DNA of 20,000 nucleotides, taken from the IMG/VR virus record IMGVR_UViG_3300049783_000823; one strand, written 5' to 3'. Under the pieces are notes generated by a model that saw only the letters and a list, made by a program, of their open reading frames with translations, ran no database searches and had not been told where the DNA came from. Shown piece by piece: positions 1 through 9,581 of the stretch. The stretch comes from an uncultured virus (IMG/VR IMGVR_UViG_3300049783_000823). Taxonomy: Duplodnaviria; Heunggongvirae; Uroviricota; Caudoviricetes. The translations under genes were made by a program, and so were the position numbers. Positions within the stretch are counted from its first letter, which is position 1. Each line of letters opens with the position of its first letter.

Positions 1-1
1 G

Positions 2-1012
2 CCAACAGAGTGGAATTACAAGTCTAAGCAAAACAGCAACGGGAGATGGGAACGTTATAAGACATCCCCTAAGATCACGGAAGACAGCTTAGAATTTCTA
101 GGAGGGGATGGTAAGCTATACTTAGACTATTTAACAACCTCTTCTAGACACGGTATCTTGAATACTTGGCTTGAAGAAGTTGATGAAAATGATAGACTGC
201 ATGGTAGCTGTATGGTTGTAGGAACGCCAAGTATGAGGATGCGGCACTCTATTATTGTAAACGTACCATCTGTAGATAGCGCGTGGGGAAAAGAAATGCG
301 ACAGCTATTCACTTGTAAGAAAGGGTGGAAGATAGTAGGGTGTGATAGCTCAGGCAACCAAGCCAGAGGGCTTGCACACTATCTTAAATCTCAGTCTTAC
401 ATTGATTTGCTACTGAATGGTGACATACATCAACACAATGCTGATATTCTTACAAATGTAATGCAAGCCATTGGTTTTGATATAGTTGTACCGCGTAGTG
501 CTGCAAAGCGTTGTCTGTATGCTACTTTGTTTGGCGCGAGTGGGGCTAAGTTATTCAGCTACATAATGGCCGCACAAGATGAAGTAAACGGAAAGATTGT
601 AAAGCGTGATTTCCTTAAAGCTATACCAGGGTTTAGAGACTTAATGGATGAGCTTGAAGGGACATTCGGCAATACAAAGAAGATAGGTCCAGGTTATATC
701 ATCGGGATAGCTGGTAACAAAATCTTTTGTGATTCATTTCATAAGTTATTAGTTTACCTCTTACAAGCTACAGAGAAGGCGACATGTTCTGCAGCCGTGT
801 TCTTGACTATGCGTATCTTGGAAAAAGAAGGTATACCCTATCAACCTCTTATCATGATGCATGATGAATTTCAGGTGATGGTTCCTGACGAACATGCTGA
901 GAGAGTTCTTGAGATAGGTTCCATGGCTTTCAAAGAGGGTCCGAAGCTCTTTGGTGTCACCATAATGGATGGTGATGGGAGCATCGGTGATAACTGGTTT
1001 GAAACACACTAG
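2..1012 (+). CDS. polA: Phage family A DNA polymerase, C-terminal polymerase domain (5' end outside window)
   Basis: Frame is open from position 2 (PTEWNYK...KTSPKITEDSL). Motif A (GCDSSGNQARGL), motif B (RSAAKRCLYATLFG) and motif C (MMHDEFQ) are present, ending GDNWFETH. Confidence 0.96.
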   Translation, partial: PTEWNYKSKQNSNGRWERYKTSPKITEDSLEFLGGDGKLYLDYLTTSSRHGILNTWLEEVDENDRLHGSCMVVGTPSMRMRHSIIVNVPSVDSAWGKEMRQLFTCKKGWKIVGCDSSGNQARGLAHYLKSQSYIDLLLNGDIHQHNADILTNVMQAIGFDIVVPRSAAKRCLYATLFGASGAKLFSYIMAAQDEVNGKIVKRDFLKAIPGFRDLMDELEGTFGNTKKIGPGYIIGIAGNKIFCDSFHKLLVYLLQATEKATCSAAVFLTMRILEKEGIPYQPLIMMHDEFQVMVPDEHAERVLEIGSMAFKEGPKLFGVTIMDGDGSIGDNWFETH

Positions 1013-1051
1013 GGTTGAACATATTTATTTAAAAGGAAAAGGAGATTCAAG

Positions 1052-1243
1052 ATGTTAATATTAACTAGAAAATTAGGCGAATCGATTATAGTAGGTGGAG
1101 ATGTTAAAGTTACAGTGCTCAGTCGGGTTGGTAATCGGGTAAGCATAGGCGTGGAGGCGCCTGACGACGTCTCAGTACATCGAGAAGAGATACAAGAAAG
1201 ATTGGATAAAGGAGAAACTTTTGAAAGAAAAGACATCATCTGA
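1052..1243 (+). CDS. csrA: Carbon storage regulator CsrA/RsmA homologue (RNA-binding translational regulator)
   Basis: [23 protein letters not shown]...[18 protein letters not shown] matches the CsrA consensus over its length; SD AAGGAG upstream. Confidence 0.95.
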   Translation: MLILTRKLGESIIVGGDVKVTVLSRVGNRVSIGVEAPDDVSVHREEIQERLDKGETFERKDII

Positions 1244-1433
1244 AGAAAGATTACAGACAGCAGTGAATGACATAACAGGAGCACCGATAAGAGGTACAAT
1301 ACCTCCTACATTCCGTTCAAGCTATAGAGTCTGTGATAACTGTAACAAGAAAGATGAAACTACAAACATGCATTGTGTTATGTTTGAATTAAAACCTAGC
1401 GAGGGAACTTGCGTAAAATTTAGAGGAAAATAA
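1221..1433 (+). CDS. Small Cys-containing hypothetical protein
   Basis: TTG start preceded by AAAGGAG inside csrA; CDNC...C...C residues; fills the gap between genes. Confidence 0.6.
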   Translation: MKEKTSSEERLQTAVNDITGAPIRGTIPPTFRSSYRVCDNCNKKDETTNMHCVMFELKPSEGTCVKFRGK

Positions 1434-1434
1434 T

Positions 1435-1611
1435 ATGCTATCATTTAATAACGACATACTAGGAACAGCCAGAAACAGCCGTGAGTCTGGGATGAAGAAG
1501 AATCGTCACTATACAAAGAAAGGGCCTGGACGTGTGACTTATAACAAAGGTAACCCCCATAAACCTCATAACACAATTTCCACAGGTAACGTATTGGTGA
1601 TGCCTAAATGA
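1435..1611 (+). CDS. Small basic hypothetical protein (58 aa, not in ORF track)
   Basis: ATG 1435 after GAGGA; MLSFNNDILG...YTKKGPGR...VMPK; its TGA overlaps the next ATG (ATGA). Confidence 0.6.
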   Translation: MLSFNNDILGTARNSRESGMKKNRHYTKKGPGRVTYNKGNPHKPHNTISTGNVLVMPK

Positions 1612-2435
1612 AGTCTTACGCATTAATCGATGGCGACGTTATAGCCTTTCACGCATGCCCTTATGTCAGACATGATGTTCCCGGTCAAAACGGTGTGCCT
1701 GTATTAGACGAGAACGGTGATGTTGAATTCAAAGCTGGGAGACCTGTATTTGAGTATAGCGAAGCTGAAGATGAAGCCTTTCTGGCTCTTTGTTGGGAAA
1801 ATCTTGTTCGCAGATACAACATTATCATTGAAAAGACATTTTCTGATGAAGCCAAGTGTGCCGTAAAAGGCCCAACAAATTTCAGAGATGAAGTTCATGA
1901 CAACTATAAAGGTCATCGTGACAAGTCAGCCGCAACTCGTAATAACTTTGTGCCAGCTCTAAGGCTTATGATGGTTGAAGAAGGTCTAGCGATTGAAGCC
2001 CAAGGGATGGAGGCTGATGATTACCTTCGTATCTGGGCTGAAGAGTGCAGAGACGATGGCGATGACTTTACTATCTGCTCAGTTGATAAAGATCTTAAGT
2101 GCATTCCAGGAAAGTATTTCAACATGAAGACGGATAAAGTTGAAATGATTACCCCTGAATTTGCATCAAGGTTCTATTACGAGCAGTTGTTAAAAGGTGA
2201 TAGCGTTGATAACATCCCAGGTCTTCCTGGGGTTGGCCCTAAACGTGCGACAAGCATACTCGCAGATTGTAACACGGAAGAAGAGTTTCAGATTGTTGTT
2301 CAAGCTTCTTATCGAGAGAAGTTCGGCGACAACTGGCATAAAGAGCTTATGTTTACAGGGCAGCTCATTTACATCCTGAAGCATGAGAAAGATAGGTTCT
2401 CAACAGCGTCATGGCCTAAGCTTCTTGATGAATGA
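1608..2435 (+). CDS. 5'-3' exonuclease / RNase H (T7 gp6 / FEN-like)
   Basis: Motifs LIDGD, NFR...YKGHR, EADD, DKDL and the helix-hairpin-helix GDSVDNIPGLPGVGPKRA. Confidence 0.93.
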   Translation: MKSYALIDGDVIAFHACPYVRHDVPGQNGVPVLDENGDVEFKAGRPVFEYSEAEDEAFLALCWENLVRRYNIIIEKTFSDEAKCAVKGPTNFRDEVHDNYKGHRDKSAATRNNFVPALRLMMVEEGLAIEAQGMEADDYLRIWAEECRDDGDDFTICSVDKDLKCIPGKYFNMKTDKVEMITPEFASRFYYEQLLKGDSVDNIPGLPGVGPKRATSILADCNTEEEFQIVVQASYREKFGDNWHKELMFTGQLIYILKHEKDRFSTASWPKLLDE

Positions 2436-2635
2436 ATGGCGAAAAGAAAAGAGCATTTAATGTAAGTGTGGCTGTCATAACACACCTGCGAGTAGATGCA
2501 AGCTCTAGCGAAGAAGCTCTCGAAACGGTGGCTTCTCTTCCAGTTAGCGTACTAATCACGGAGGCAGGGGTATCTGCCGCCTACAACCCTAAAGACTCGA
2601 TAATAATCGGGCAAAACATATCGGAGACACAATAA
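2432..2635 (+). CDS. Hypothetical protein
   Basis: ORF translationally coupled to both neighbours. Confidence 0.55.
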   Translation: MNGEKKRAFNVSVAVITHLRVDASSSEEALETVASLPVSVLITEAGVSAAYNPKDSIIIGQNISETQ

Positions 2636-3042
2636 TGGGAAATAAAGAAAGTAATGAAATGCCAGGTGATCCAAGCGGATCTGTAAGAGATATCGATGGA
2701 AACTTTGCCATAACGTCAGAGAGCGCATCTGAAGCGAGTTCAGAAGACAGAGCAGCCCTAGCGAGAAAAGGCGAACAAGAACTCGCTGATATGTCGGATA
2801 TCGGTTTTGTCAATCACTTGATGCTTAACTCGCCATCGCCTAGATTCGCCAACTTATTTATTCTAGCGGCAGCTGAAGCCTATGCTTTCGGTGTGATACA
2901 ACAGATGGAGGAAAGCCAATCTGCTGAAGAAGCGCAAGGGGTTATGCCTTGGAAAGACATAGCGCCGTGGGTGCTAGAAGAGTTTGACAAGCGATACAAA
3001 GAGCTGGAAAGAAGAAAACAAGAGGAGCTGTCAGATGCATGA
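2635..3042 (+). CDS. Hypothetical acidic protein
   Basis: 135-aa ORF with GGAG SD and TAATG coupling. Confidence 0.65.
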   Translation: MGNKESNEMPGDPSGSVRDIDGNFAITSESASEASSEDRAALARKGEQELADMSDIGFVNHLMLNSPSPRFANLFILAAAEAYAFGVIQQMEESQSAEEAQGVMPWKDIAPWVLEEFDKRYKELERRKQEELSDA

Positions 3043-3265
3043 TGTGTTAGTAGAAGTAAATGCTAATGGCGTAAAACCGCTCACAGGGGATCCTTACAGA
3101 TTAGGTGGGGAAAAGTCCACAGCGGCAGCCATTGCTTTGCATCCGACGTGTTCTGAGTGCGGACGAGAGAACCCTTATAATGGGTTAAACAGTAATGGTC
3201 AGCTAAAAGAATTCTGTGAAAGCGGTAGATGCTGTAGCTGCCAGATCTCAATATTTGGGAGATAA
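3035..3265 (+). CDS. Small putative zinc-binding protein
   Basis: Likely start is ATG 3035 (GAGGAG upstream); CSEC...EFCESGRCCSCQ cysteine motif. Confidence 0.6.
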   Translation: MHDVLVEVNANGVKPLTGDPYRLGGEKSTAAAIALHPTCSECGRENPYNGLNSNGQLKEFCESGRCCSCQISIFGR

Positions 3266-3267
3266 AT

Positions 3268-3900
3268 ATGAGTGTGCCTAAGTTCCCGCTAAGAGGAAAA
3301 GGTAAGATTAAATCTAAGAAGGCTTTCCTTCCTGACCTTCAAAATGAGCGTGTAAAACCTAACCAGATAACTAGCGTTTGGATAGACGAAGCAGGAGAGA
3401 TATCTGAAAGAAAACCCTCAGTATCATTAGAAGGGCAGGTCGGAAAGCGTGTTAACCGAAAGAAATATGACGATCTTCCTAACGGTCATTGGGAGTTCGA
3501 GGGCGATATGCGAAGCGGAAAAGCTGTTGGCTTCATATACGTCATTAAAGATCTCAGAAATAATATGCTGTATCTTGGAAAGAAGAGTTATGTAGGGGCG
3601 GGTAAGTTAAACAAAGGTGTAGAGTCAAACTGGCGGTGGTATATATCGTCATCTAAACTCTTAAGTGAATCAGTTAAGACAAACGGTAAAGAAAACTTCA
3701 AATTTTATGCTATAGAAGAGTATAGCTTTAAAGGTGGGCTAAGCTTTGCTGAGACATGGTCTCTCTGTAAGGTGGAAGCTCTGAACGAAAACAGCCGTTG
3801 GTATAATGGTCTGATTGGGAAGGTATCTTGGAAAGTTAAAGAACCTGTAACAGCTAGACACAGAAGGCGACTTCAACAGATAATAGATGGAGAGATATGA
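3268..3900 (+). CDS. GIY-YIG-like (Seg-type) nuclease with N-terminal extension
   Basis: GFIYVIKDLRNNMLYLGKK, WRWYISSS, a conserved E (AET) and WYNG resemble phage GIY-YIG/Seg-like proteins. Confidence 0.7.
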   Translation: MSVPKFPLRGKGKIKSKKAFLPDLQNERVKPNQITSVWIDEAGEISERKPSVSLEGQVGKRVNRKKYDDLPNGHWEFEGDMRSGKAVGFIYVIKDLRNNMLYLGKKSYVGAGKLNKGVESNWRWYISSSKLLSESVKTNGKENFKFYAIEEYSFKGGLSFAETWSLCKVEALNENSRWYNGLIGKVSWKVKEPVTARHRRRLQQIIDGEI

Positions 3901-4121
3901 AAACAGTATCAAGTATTTTAGTGATTATATTATTCGGATTAATTGGCTACAGGTCGTATCTGATATTAACAGCCGGAGTTCCGCTTGACTCAGCTGACTA
4001 CCTGGTCTTAGCTGCGGCTACCTACTTGCTTAACGCAATTGTAACAATATGGAATGACAGTGCTGCCAGCAAGATAGCAAATAAGACATTTAATATAGAT
4101 GAAAATAGCCCAAGGCATTAG
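3897..4121 (+). CDS. Small membrane protein (two predicted TM segments)
   Basis: Hydrophobic stretches ILVIILFGLIGY and YLVLAAATYLLNAIVTIW. Confidence 0.65.
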   Translation: MKTVSSILVIILFGLIGYRSYLILTAGVPLDSADYLVLAAATYLLNAIVTIWNDSAASKIANKTFNIDENSPRH

Positions 4122-5909
4122 ATGGGACGCATTGTAGAACATAACAAGCCCTGCATTTCGTGCACCAGTTCAGACGCGATGCAGATATATGAAGATGGAG
4201 GGGCTAAGTGTTATTCTTGCGGAAAGTCCTTCCACCACTCAAAAGTTGAAAAGGAAAATATGACATCACCTAGGGGGTTTAAAGTACCAAAGAAAAGAGG
4301 GCCATTAGACCCTGAAGATTTTGCTAAAGCTAAAACAGAAGTAGTGAAGGCGACACCGAAAGTATCTTGCGATGAGATCGAAGAGTTTGGAGTGCGTGGT
4401 TTTAAAGACAGGCTTGTCAAGAAGGCAACGAACGAATTCTATGGTGTCAAGGTAGGTTACGATTCAAATGGTCAGATAGATTCTCACTATTACCCTTACG
4501 GTAATGACAAAAAGCGTGGCTATAAAATCAGAGAGTTGCCTAAGACTTTCTCTTTCGTTGGCACATTCGGAGGTCTCTTTGGAAGAGAAAAGTTTTCAGC
4601 CGGAGGGAAGCGTCTCATCATAACGGAGGGAGAAGTTGATGCCCTTTCTGTTGCCCAAGCTTCTTTTGACAGGTATAATAAGTACTATCCTGTAGTCTCT
4701 CTGCCAAGCTCTTCTTGTTCCTCTGTGCTAATGGAAGAACGCGAATGGATTCGTAGTTTTCAAGAAGTAGTCCTATGGATGGATAACGATGAGGCGGGTA
4801 TCACGGCAAGAGATAAGGCCATAAAGATAATTGGCGCTGATAAGGTAAAAGTTGTAGAGATTGCAGAAAATGACGCGTCTGATGTCCTCACAAGCGGTGA
4901 AGATGGCAGCAAGCGAATAATGGAAGCGATATGGGATGCGCAGATGTTCAAGCCTGCTGGCATTATTGGCCAAACAGAGCTTTGGGATGCGTTGGTAAAC
5001 TACAACGAAATCAAGGCCATTCCGTATCCTGAATGTCTGACAGGGATTAACTCAAAGATAAAAGGGGCACGCTTGGGAGAGATTGCGCTCTTTATATCAG
5101 GGACAGGTAGTGGCAAGAGTACCATTGTTAGAGAAATAGGTCTTGAGTTTCTAAGGGCTACTGAAGATAAAATTGGTATAATTTCTTTAGAGGAAAGCCC
5201 AGGTGAAACTGCAAGATTGTTCTCAGGAATGGCTATCCATCGTAACCCTGCAGAAGAAGAAATACCTCTTGATGAGTTGAAGGTTGGCTTTGATAGTGTA
5301 TTCGGCGAAGACAGGGTTGTTGTTCTGGATCATCAAGGCTCCATAAAGGACGATAGCATTTTAGACCAGTTCGAGTACATGTGTCTCTCTGGCTGTAAAT
5401 ATTTATTCGTTGATCACATAACTATTTTAGTATCGGAAGGCGCTGATGGGCTGACAGGTAATGAGGCTATAGATAAGATTATGAATGACCTGCTGAGGCT
5501 GGCTAAGCGTCATACTGTTTGGATCGGCCTTATCTCTCATTTGAGAAAAGCAGAAACAGGTCGGAAAAGCTTTGAGGAGGGCAGGTTGCCATCTATAGAT
5601 GATATACGTGGCTCAGGTAGTATCAAGCAGGTCTCATTTGACATAATAGCCTTCGCTAGAAATATGACGGCTAGACAAGAGCGTGTAAGAAACAGGATTG
5701 AGATGGCAATTCTTAAATCCAGAACAACAGGTAAAACAGGGCCAGTTCTAGGGGCTGACTATAATGTAAAGACAGGTCGTCTTGTAGCAGCTCCGCCTGA
5801 CCTTGAAGATGATGAAGAAGCCTTTGGCGAGGAGAAGACGGAAACAGTAGTATACGAAGAAGCGTTATCCGAAGAAGATCTTATAAATAAATTCAAAAGA
5901 GACAAATAA
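4122..5909 (+). CDS. DNA primase-helicase (T7 gp4-like)
   Basis: N-terminal Zn ribbon (CISC...CYSC), TOPRIM motifs (IITEGEVDALS, MDND), DnaB-type Walker A SGTGSGKS, VDHITI, ISHLRK, DIRGSGSIKQ. Confidence 0.96.
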   Translation: MGRIVEHNKPCISCTSSDAMQIYEDGGAKCYSCGKSFHHSKVEKENMTSPRGFKVPKKRGPLDPEDFAKAKTEVVKATPKVSCDEIEEFGVRGFKDRLVKKATNEFYGVKVGYDSNGQIDSHYYPYGNDKKRGYKIRELPKTFSFVGTFGGLFGREKFSAGGKRLIITEGEVDALSVAQASFDRYNKYYPVVSLPSSSCSSVLMEEREWIRSFQEVVLWMDNDEAGITARDKAIKIIGADKVKVVEIAENDASDVLTSGEDGSKRIMEAIWDAQMFKPAGIIGQTELWDALVNYNEIKAIPYPECLTGINSKIKGARLGEIALFISGTGSGKSTIVREIGLEFLRATEDKIGIISLEESPGETARLFSGMAIHRNPAEEEIPLDELKVGFDSVFGEDRVVVLDHQGSIKDDSILDQFEYMCLSGCKYLFVDHITILVSEGADGLTGNEAIDKIMNDLLRLAKRHTVWIGLISHLRKAETGRKSFEEGRLPSIDDIRGSGSIKQVSFDIIAFARNMTARQERVRNRIEMAILKSRTTGKTGPVLGADYNVKTGRLVAAPPDLEDDEEAFGEEKTETVVYEEALSEEDLINKFKRDK

Positions 5910-7819
5910 TGACTGATAAAATAGAAACACCCTGGAGTTCCGTAGGTTACTTAACATACAAGAGAACCTATTCACGCCCCATTCCAGGGGAAGGCAGGAC
6001 AGAAGAATTCCCTGAGACCATTGACCGTGTAATTAAGAGCTGTAGAGAGCAGCTCAAAGTAGGTTTCACAGAAGAGGAGGAAGAGACGCTTCGTGGTTAC
6101 CTCTTAGAGCTTAAAGGATCAGTAGCCGGTAGATTCCTATGGCAGATGGGTACAGAGACAGTCGATCGAATCGGTCTTGCTAGCTTGCAAAATTGTGCAT
6201 TTACAGTTGTTGATGACCCTATCGTGCCGTTCACTTGGTGCATGGATATGTTAGCCCTAGGCAGCGGAGTCGGTTATAACATCCAACGGGAGCATGTCGA
6301 GAAGATTCCAGCCGTTCGAGAGTGGTTCGCCGCGCCTACCAGAGTGGACGATGGTGGGGCGGATTTCATAATTCCAGACTCTCGTGAGGGGTGGGTGCGT
6401 TTCTTAGCTAAGACGCTTAAAGCCGCCTTCCTATCGGAAAGGCAAGAAAAAGGATCTTTCACATATTCAACGCAAGTTATTCGTGGGAAAGGAACACCAA
6501 TCAAGGGATTCGGTGGTGTAGCAAGCGGGCCTGAAGATCTGGTGAAAGGTGTAGGCCAGATAAGCGCAATCCTAGAGAAAAGGAGAGGAAAGAAAATCAG
6601 ACCTATTGATGCCTTGGATATAATGAACATAATCGGTGCAATCATTGTAGCCGGTAACGTTCGTAGATCAGCTCAAATTGCCATAGGTGATGGTGATGAT
6701 ATTGAGTTCCTTCTTGCAAAACGGTGGGATCTAGGGCACATCCCTCCTTGGCGTGGCATGTCTAACAACAGCGTGGTGTGCTCAAATATCGAAGAACTTC
6801 ATGATTACTTTTGGGATGGGTATGAAGGAAAAGGAGAGCCGTACGGATTAATCAATCTCGATCTGTCCAGAAAAGAAGGTAGATCAGGTGAGACAGAATA
6901 TCCCGACCCTGAAGTCATGGGGTATAATCCGTGCGCTGAGCAATCTCTTGCGCCATATGAGACATGCTGTCTGGCTGAGATCTATTTGCCAAACATAGAC
7001 TCATTGGGCGAATTCCTTGATTTGCTGACATTGCTTTATAAAATAAATAAGCACTCTCTTACACTGCCTGCACATCATCCTGAGACTGCCGCTATTGTCC
7101 ATAAGAATATGCGAATGGGAATAGGTATGACAGGTATCATGCAAGCATCTGAAGAGCAGCTTAGTTGGTTGGATGAAGGTTATCGCTATCTTCGTGACTT
7201 TGACAACCGCTACTCTGAGCTGAAAGGCTTTGAAAGATCAATAAAGCTTACGACAGTAAAGCCTTCAGGCACTCTATCATTGTTGCCAGGTGTTACTCCG
7301 GGTGTTCATCCAGGGTACTCACAGTATATGATACGTCGTATATGTGTATCGGCGGAGCATCCTCTTATTGCCACATGTAAAGAGCATGGATATGAAATGG
7401 AATTCCAAAGAAGATTAGATGGTAGCGAAGATTACAATACATACGTTGTATCTTTTCCTTTCAGATACCCTGAAGGGACTATTCTTGCCAAAGACATGAC
7501 AGCCATAAAACAGCTGAAAACTGTTAAGCAGATGCAGAAAGTTTGGTCAGATAATAGCGTCAGCTGTACAGTCTACTATCGGAAAGAAGAGATACCTGAA
7601 ATAAAACAGTATCTTAAAGAAAACTATGCCAAGACACACAAGTCTTTATCATTCTTGCTACACAACGAGCACGGTTTCGACCAAGCGCCTTTTGAAGAAA
7701 TTACGGAGGAATTATACAATGAAATGACTAAATCTACCAGCACCATAACAGCTATTGCTGACCTTACAAGCTTAGGGTTAGAAGATGAATGTGCAAGCGG
7801 TGCTTGCCCTGTACGATAG
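5909..7819 (+). CDS. nrdJ: Class II (adenosylcobalamin-dependent, monomeric RTPR-type) ribonucleotide reductase
   Basis: TYKRTYSR, NCAF, GNVRRSA, YNPCAEQ (radical Cys), TTVKPSGT and C-terminal redox pair ECASGACPVR; no adjacent beta subunit gene. Confidence 0.9.
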   Translation: MTDKIETPWSSVGYLTYKRTYSRPIPGEGRTEEFPETIDRVIKSCREQLKVGFTEEEEETLRGYLLELKGSVAGRFLWQMGTETVDRIGLASLQNCAFTVVDDPIVPFTWCMDMLALGSGVGYNIQREHVEKIPAVREWFAAPTRVDDGGADFIIPDSREGWVRFLAKTLKAAFLSERQEKGSFTYSTQVIRGKGTPIKGFGGVASGPEDLVKGVGQISAILEKRRGKKIRPIDALDIMNIIGAIIVAGNVRRSAQIAIGDGDDIEFLLAKRWDLGHIPPWRGMSNNSVVCSNIEELHDYFWDGYEGKGEPYGLINLDLSRKEGRSGETEYPDPEVMGYNPCAEQSLAPYETCCLAEIYLPNIDSLGEFLDLLTLLYKINKHSLTLPAHHPETAAIVHKNMRMGIGMTGIMQASEEQLSWLDEGYRYLRDFDNRYSELKGFERSIKLTTVKPSGTLSLLPGVTPGVHPGYSQYMIRRICVSAEHPLIATCKEHGYEMEFQRRLDGSEDYNTYVVSFPFRYPEGTILAKDMTAIKQLKTVKQMQKVWSDNSVSCTVYYRKEEIPEIKQYLKENYAKTHKSLSFLLHNEHGFDQAPFEEITEELYNEMTKSTSTITAIADLTSLGLEDECASGACPVR

Positions 7820-7826
7820 CACCTAC

Positions 7827-7851
7827 GGCCCTCTGTAACGGAGGGCCTTTT
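7827..7851 (+). terminator. Rho-independent terminator
   Basis: GGCCCTC-tgtaacg-GAGGGCC followed by TTTT, directly after the RNR stop. Confidence 0.8.
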
Positions 7852-7867
7852 AATTGAGGAAAACAAA

Positions 7868-8137
7868 ATGAATGGAGATAGTGAGAGCAACGAAGAATTT
7901 TATAAAGTTGGTGACAAGTTCAAATGGGAGAACAAAAACTGGCCTTCAAAAGACTACAAGCCTGTGGTATATGTAATAGCTCGGGTGGATGCTGAAAGAG
8001 TGCTTATTCTTAACACTGAAACCTGGAACAGATGGTCTAACTCTGTGTTAACAGAGAGTAATACACGTATAACGGAAGAAGAGCTAACAGAAATCATGGG
8101 AGGGGCGCGTAATGAGTTCACAAAAATCGAAGGGTAA
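7868..8137 (+). CDS. Hypothetical protein
   Basis: GAGGA SD; 89-aa ORF. Confidence 0.7.
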   Translation: MNGDSESNEEFYKVGDKFKWENKNWPSKDYKPVVYVIARVDAERVLILNTETWNRWSNSVLTESNTRITEEELTEIMGGARNEFTKIEG

Positions 8138-8441
8138 TGTATCAGCAGAAGACCTCATAAAGGACATAGAGTTTAACGGAATACAGGTAAAGAGAGGTCT
8201 GACCCACATTGACAATATGCTGCAAAAGTTGCTTGAAGATTCGCCTCTAATGGGGTGTTTCCACCCTCAATCACCTGGGTTCTGTTTTTCCATATGGAGA
8301 GAGGATGGTGAGGTGGCTGATCGCGCTTATGTCGTTTTTGAAAAAGGAAAATGGAAACACCTTGATGAAGGAAACCAAAACCCAAGGAAAAGAGAAGTAC
8401 TTGAAATACTAACCGAATTAATAGGAGAAGAATATGTTTAA
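8112..8441 (+). CDS. Hypothetical protein
   Basis: GGAGG SD; overlaps both neighbours. Confidence 0.65.
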   Translation: MSSQKSKGNVSAEDLIKDIEFNGIQVKRGLTHIDNMLQKLLEDSPLMGCFHPQSPGFCFSIWREDGEVADRAYVVFEKGKWKHLDEGNQNPRKREVLEILTELIGEEYV

Positions 8442-9348
8442 ACCTTTACTTGCCCCAAATGACGACCCTTTAAGAAACCCTAAATTCTTCGACTTATTGA
8501 AGTATCCACTAATGGTATCACCAAAACTGGATGGAATACGTGCCGTTATGCGCAAAGACATATGCAGCTCGCGTACCAATAAAGAACTCCCTAACATCAA
8601 TTTGGGGGAGTTTGCTTTCAACCTGCGTGGGCTTGATGGTGAATTCATAGCAGGTGAAGTTACTGACCATGATGTTTACAATCGAACGCAAAGTGTTATC
8701 ATGTCAATCAACAAACCTACGGATGATATTACTTACTATGTATTTGATGTGGCGGACCCTGAGTTCGCTAATACTCCTTTTAAGACTCGTATTCAGATAG
8801 CGGAACGAGACGTGAGAGCAGCTAATCTTAAGCACCCAGGTCTCAAGGTTGAATTTGTTGAGCATAGCCTCGTTGAAACATATGAAGAGCTTATAGCTTA
8901 CGAAGAAGAGATGCTTGAGAAGGGGTTTGAAGGTATCATGCTAAGGGATCCTGAAGGGGTTTATAAACATGGCCGATCTACGATGCTGCAAGGGCATCTT
9001 ATAAAGTTGAAGCGGTTTCAAGATGATGAGGCTGAAGTTATTGGGTTCATCGAGCAGCAAACCAACAACAATCCTATTTTTGTAAATGAAGTAGGCGGAT
9101 CCTCGCGTTCAACTAAGAAAGACGGTCTAACACCAGCTGGTACTCTAGGGAAGCTGATTGTGAGCTACAATGATATGGATCTAGAAGTATCATGTGGAAC
9201 GCTCTCGCATGCTGATAGGAAGGTCATATGGAAAAACCAAGATGCCTTTTTAGGACAACATATAACATTCAGACATTTCTTGCATGGCGCTAAAGACAAG
9301 CCGAGGTTTCCGAGATTCGTTGGATGGCGCAACATGGAGCATATGTGA
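8434..9348 (+). CDS. ATP-dependent DNA ligase
   Basis: Motif I SPKLDGIR, LDGE, YYVFD, GFEGIMLR, KLKR and C-terminal PRFPRF. Confidence 0.95.
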   Translation: MFKPLLAPNDDPLRNPKFFDLLKYPLMVSPKLDGIRAVMRKDICSSRTNKELPNINLGEFAFNLRGLDGEFIAGEVTDHDVYNRTQSVIMSINKPTDDITYYVFDVADPEFANTPFKTRIQIAERDVRAANLKHPGLKVEFVEHSLVETYEELIAYEEEMLEKGFEGIMLRDPEGVYKHGRSTMLQGHLIKLKRFQDDEAEVIGFIEQQTNNNPIFVNEVGGSSRSTKKDGLTPAGTLGKLIVSYNDMDLEVSCGTLSHADRKVIWKNQDAFLGQHITFRHFLHGAKDKPRFPRFVGWRNMEHM

Positions 9349-9581
9349 TGGGTATACAGTTCACAGAAGTTAAGAGAGTGCGACCTAACCTTTCGATAGC
9401 CCGTAAAGTAGATACATCGGTTGCGTATGCCATGAGGGTGCTGACACCTACTAAGCTACAGATGATGAAATCTAATGTAGATATATTAGATTCAGTAATC
9501 CGCACTTCGAGAGATCCAGAAGCTGTCGAGCGAGCTAAAGAATCTAAACAAAATATAAAAGAACAAATGAAAGGAGCATAA
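9348..9581 (+). CDS. Hypothetical protein
   Basis: Likely start is ATG 9348, overlapping the ligase stop (TGATG), with GGAG upstream. Confidence 0.6.
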   Translation: MGIQFTEVKRVRPNLSIARKVDTSVAYAMRVLTPTKLQMMKSNVDILDSVIRTSRDPEAVERAKESKQNIKEQMKGA

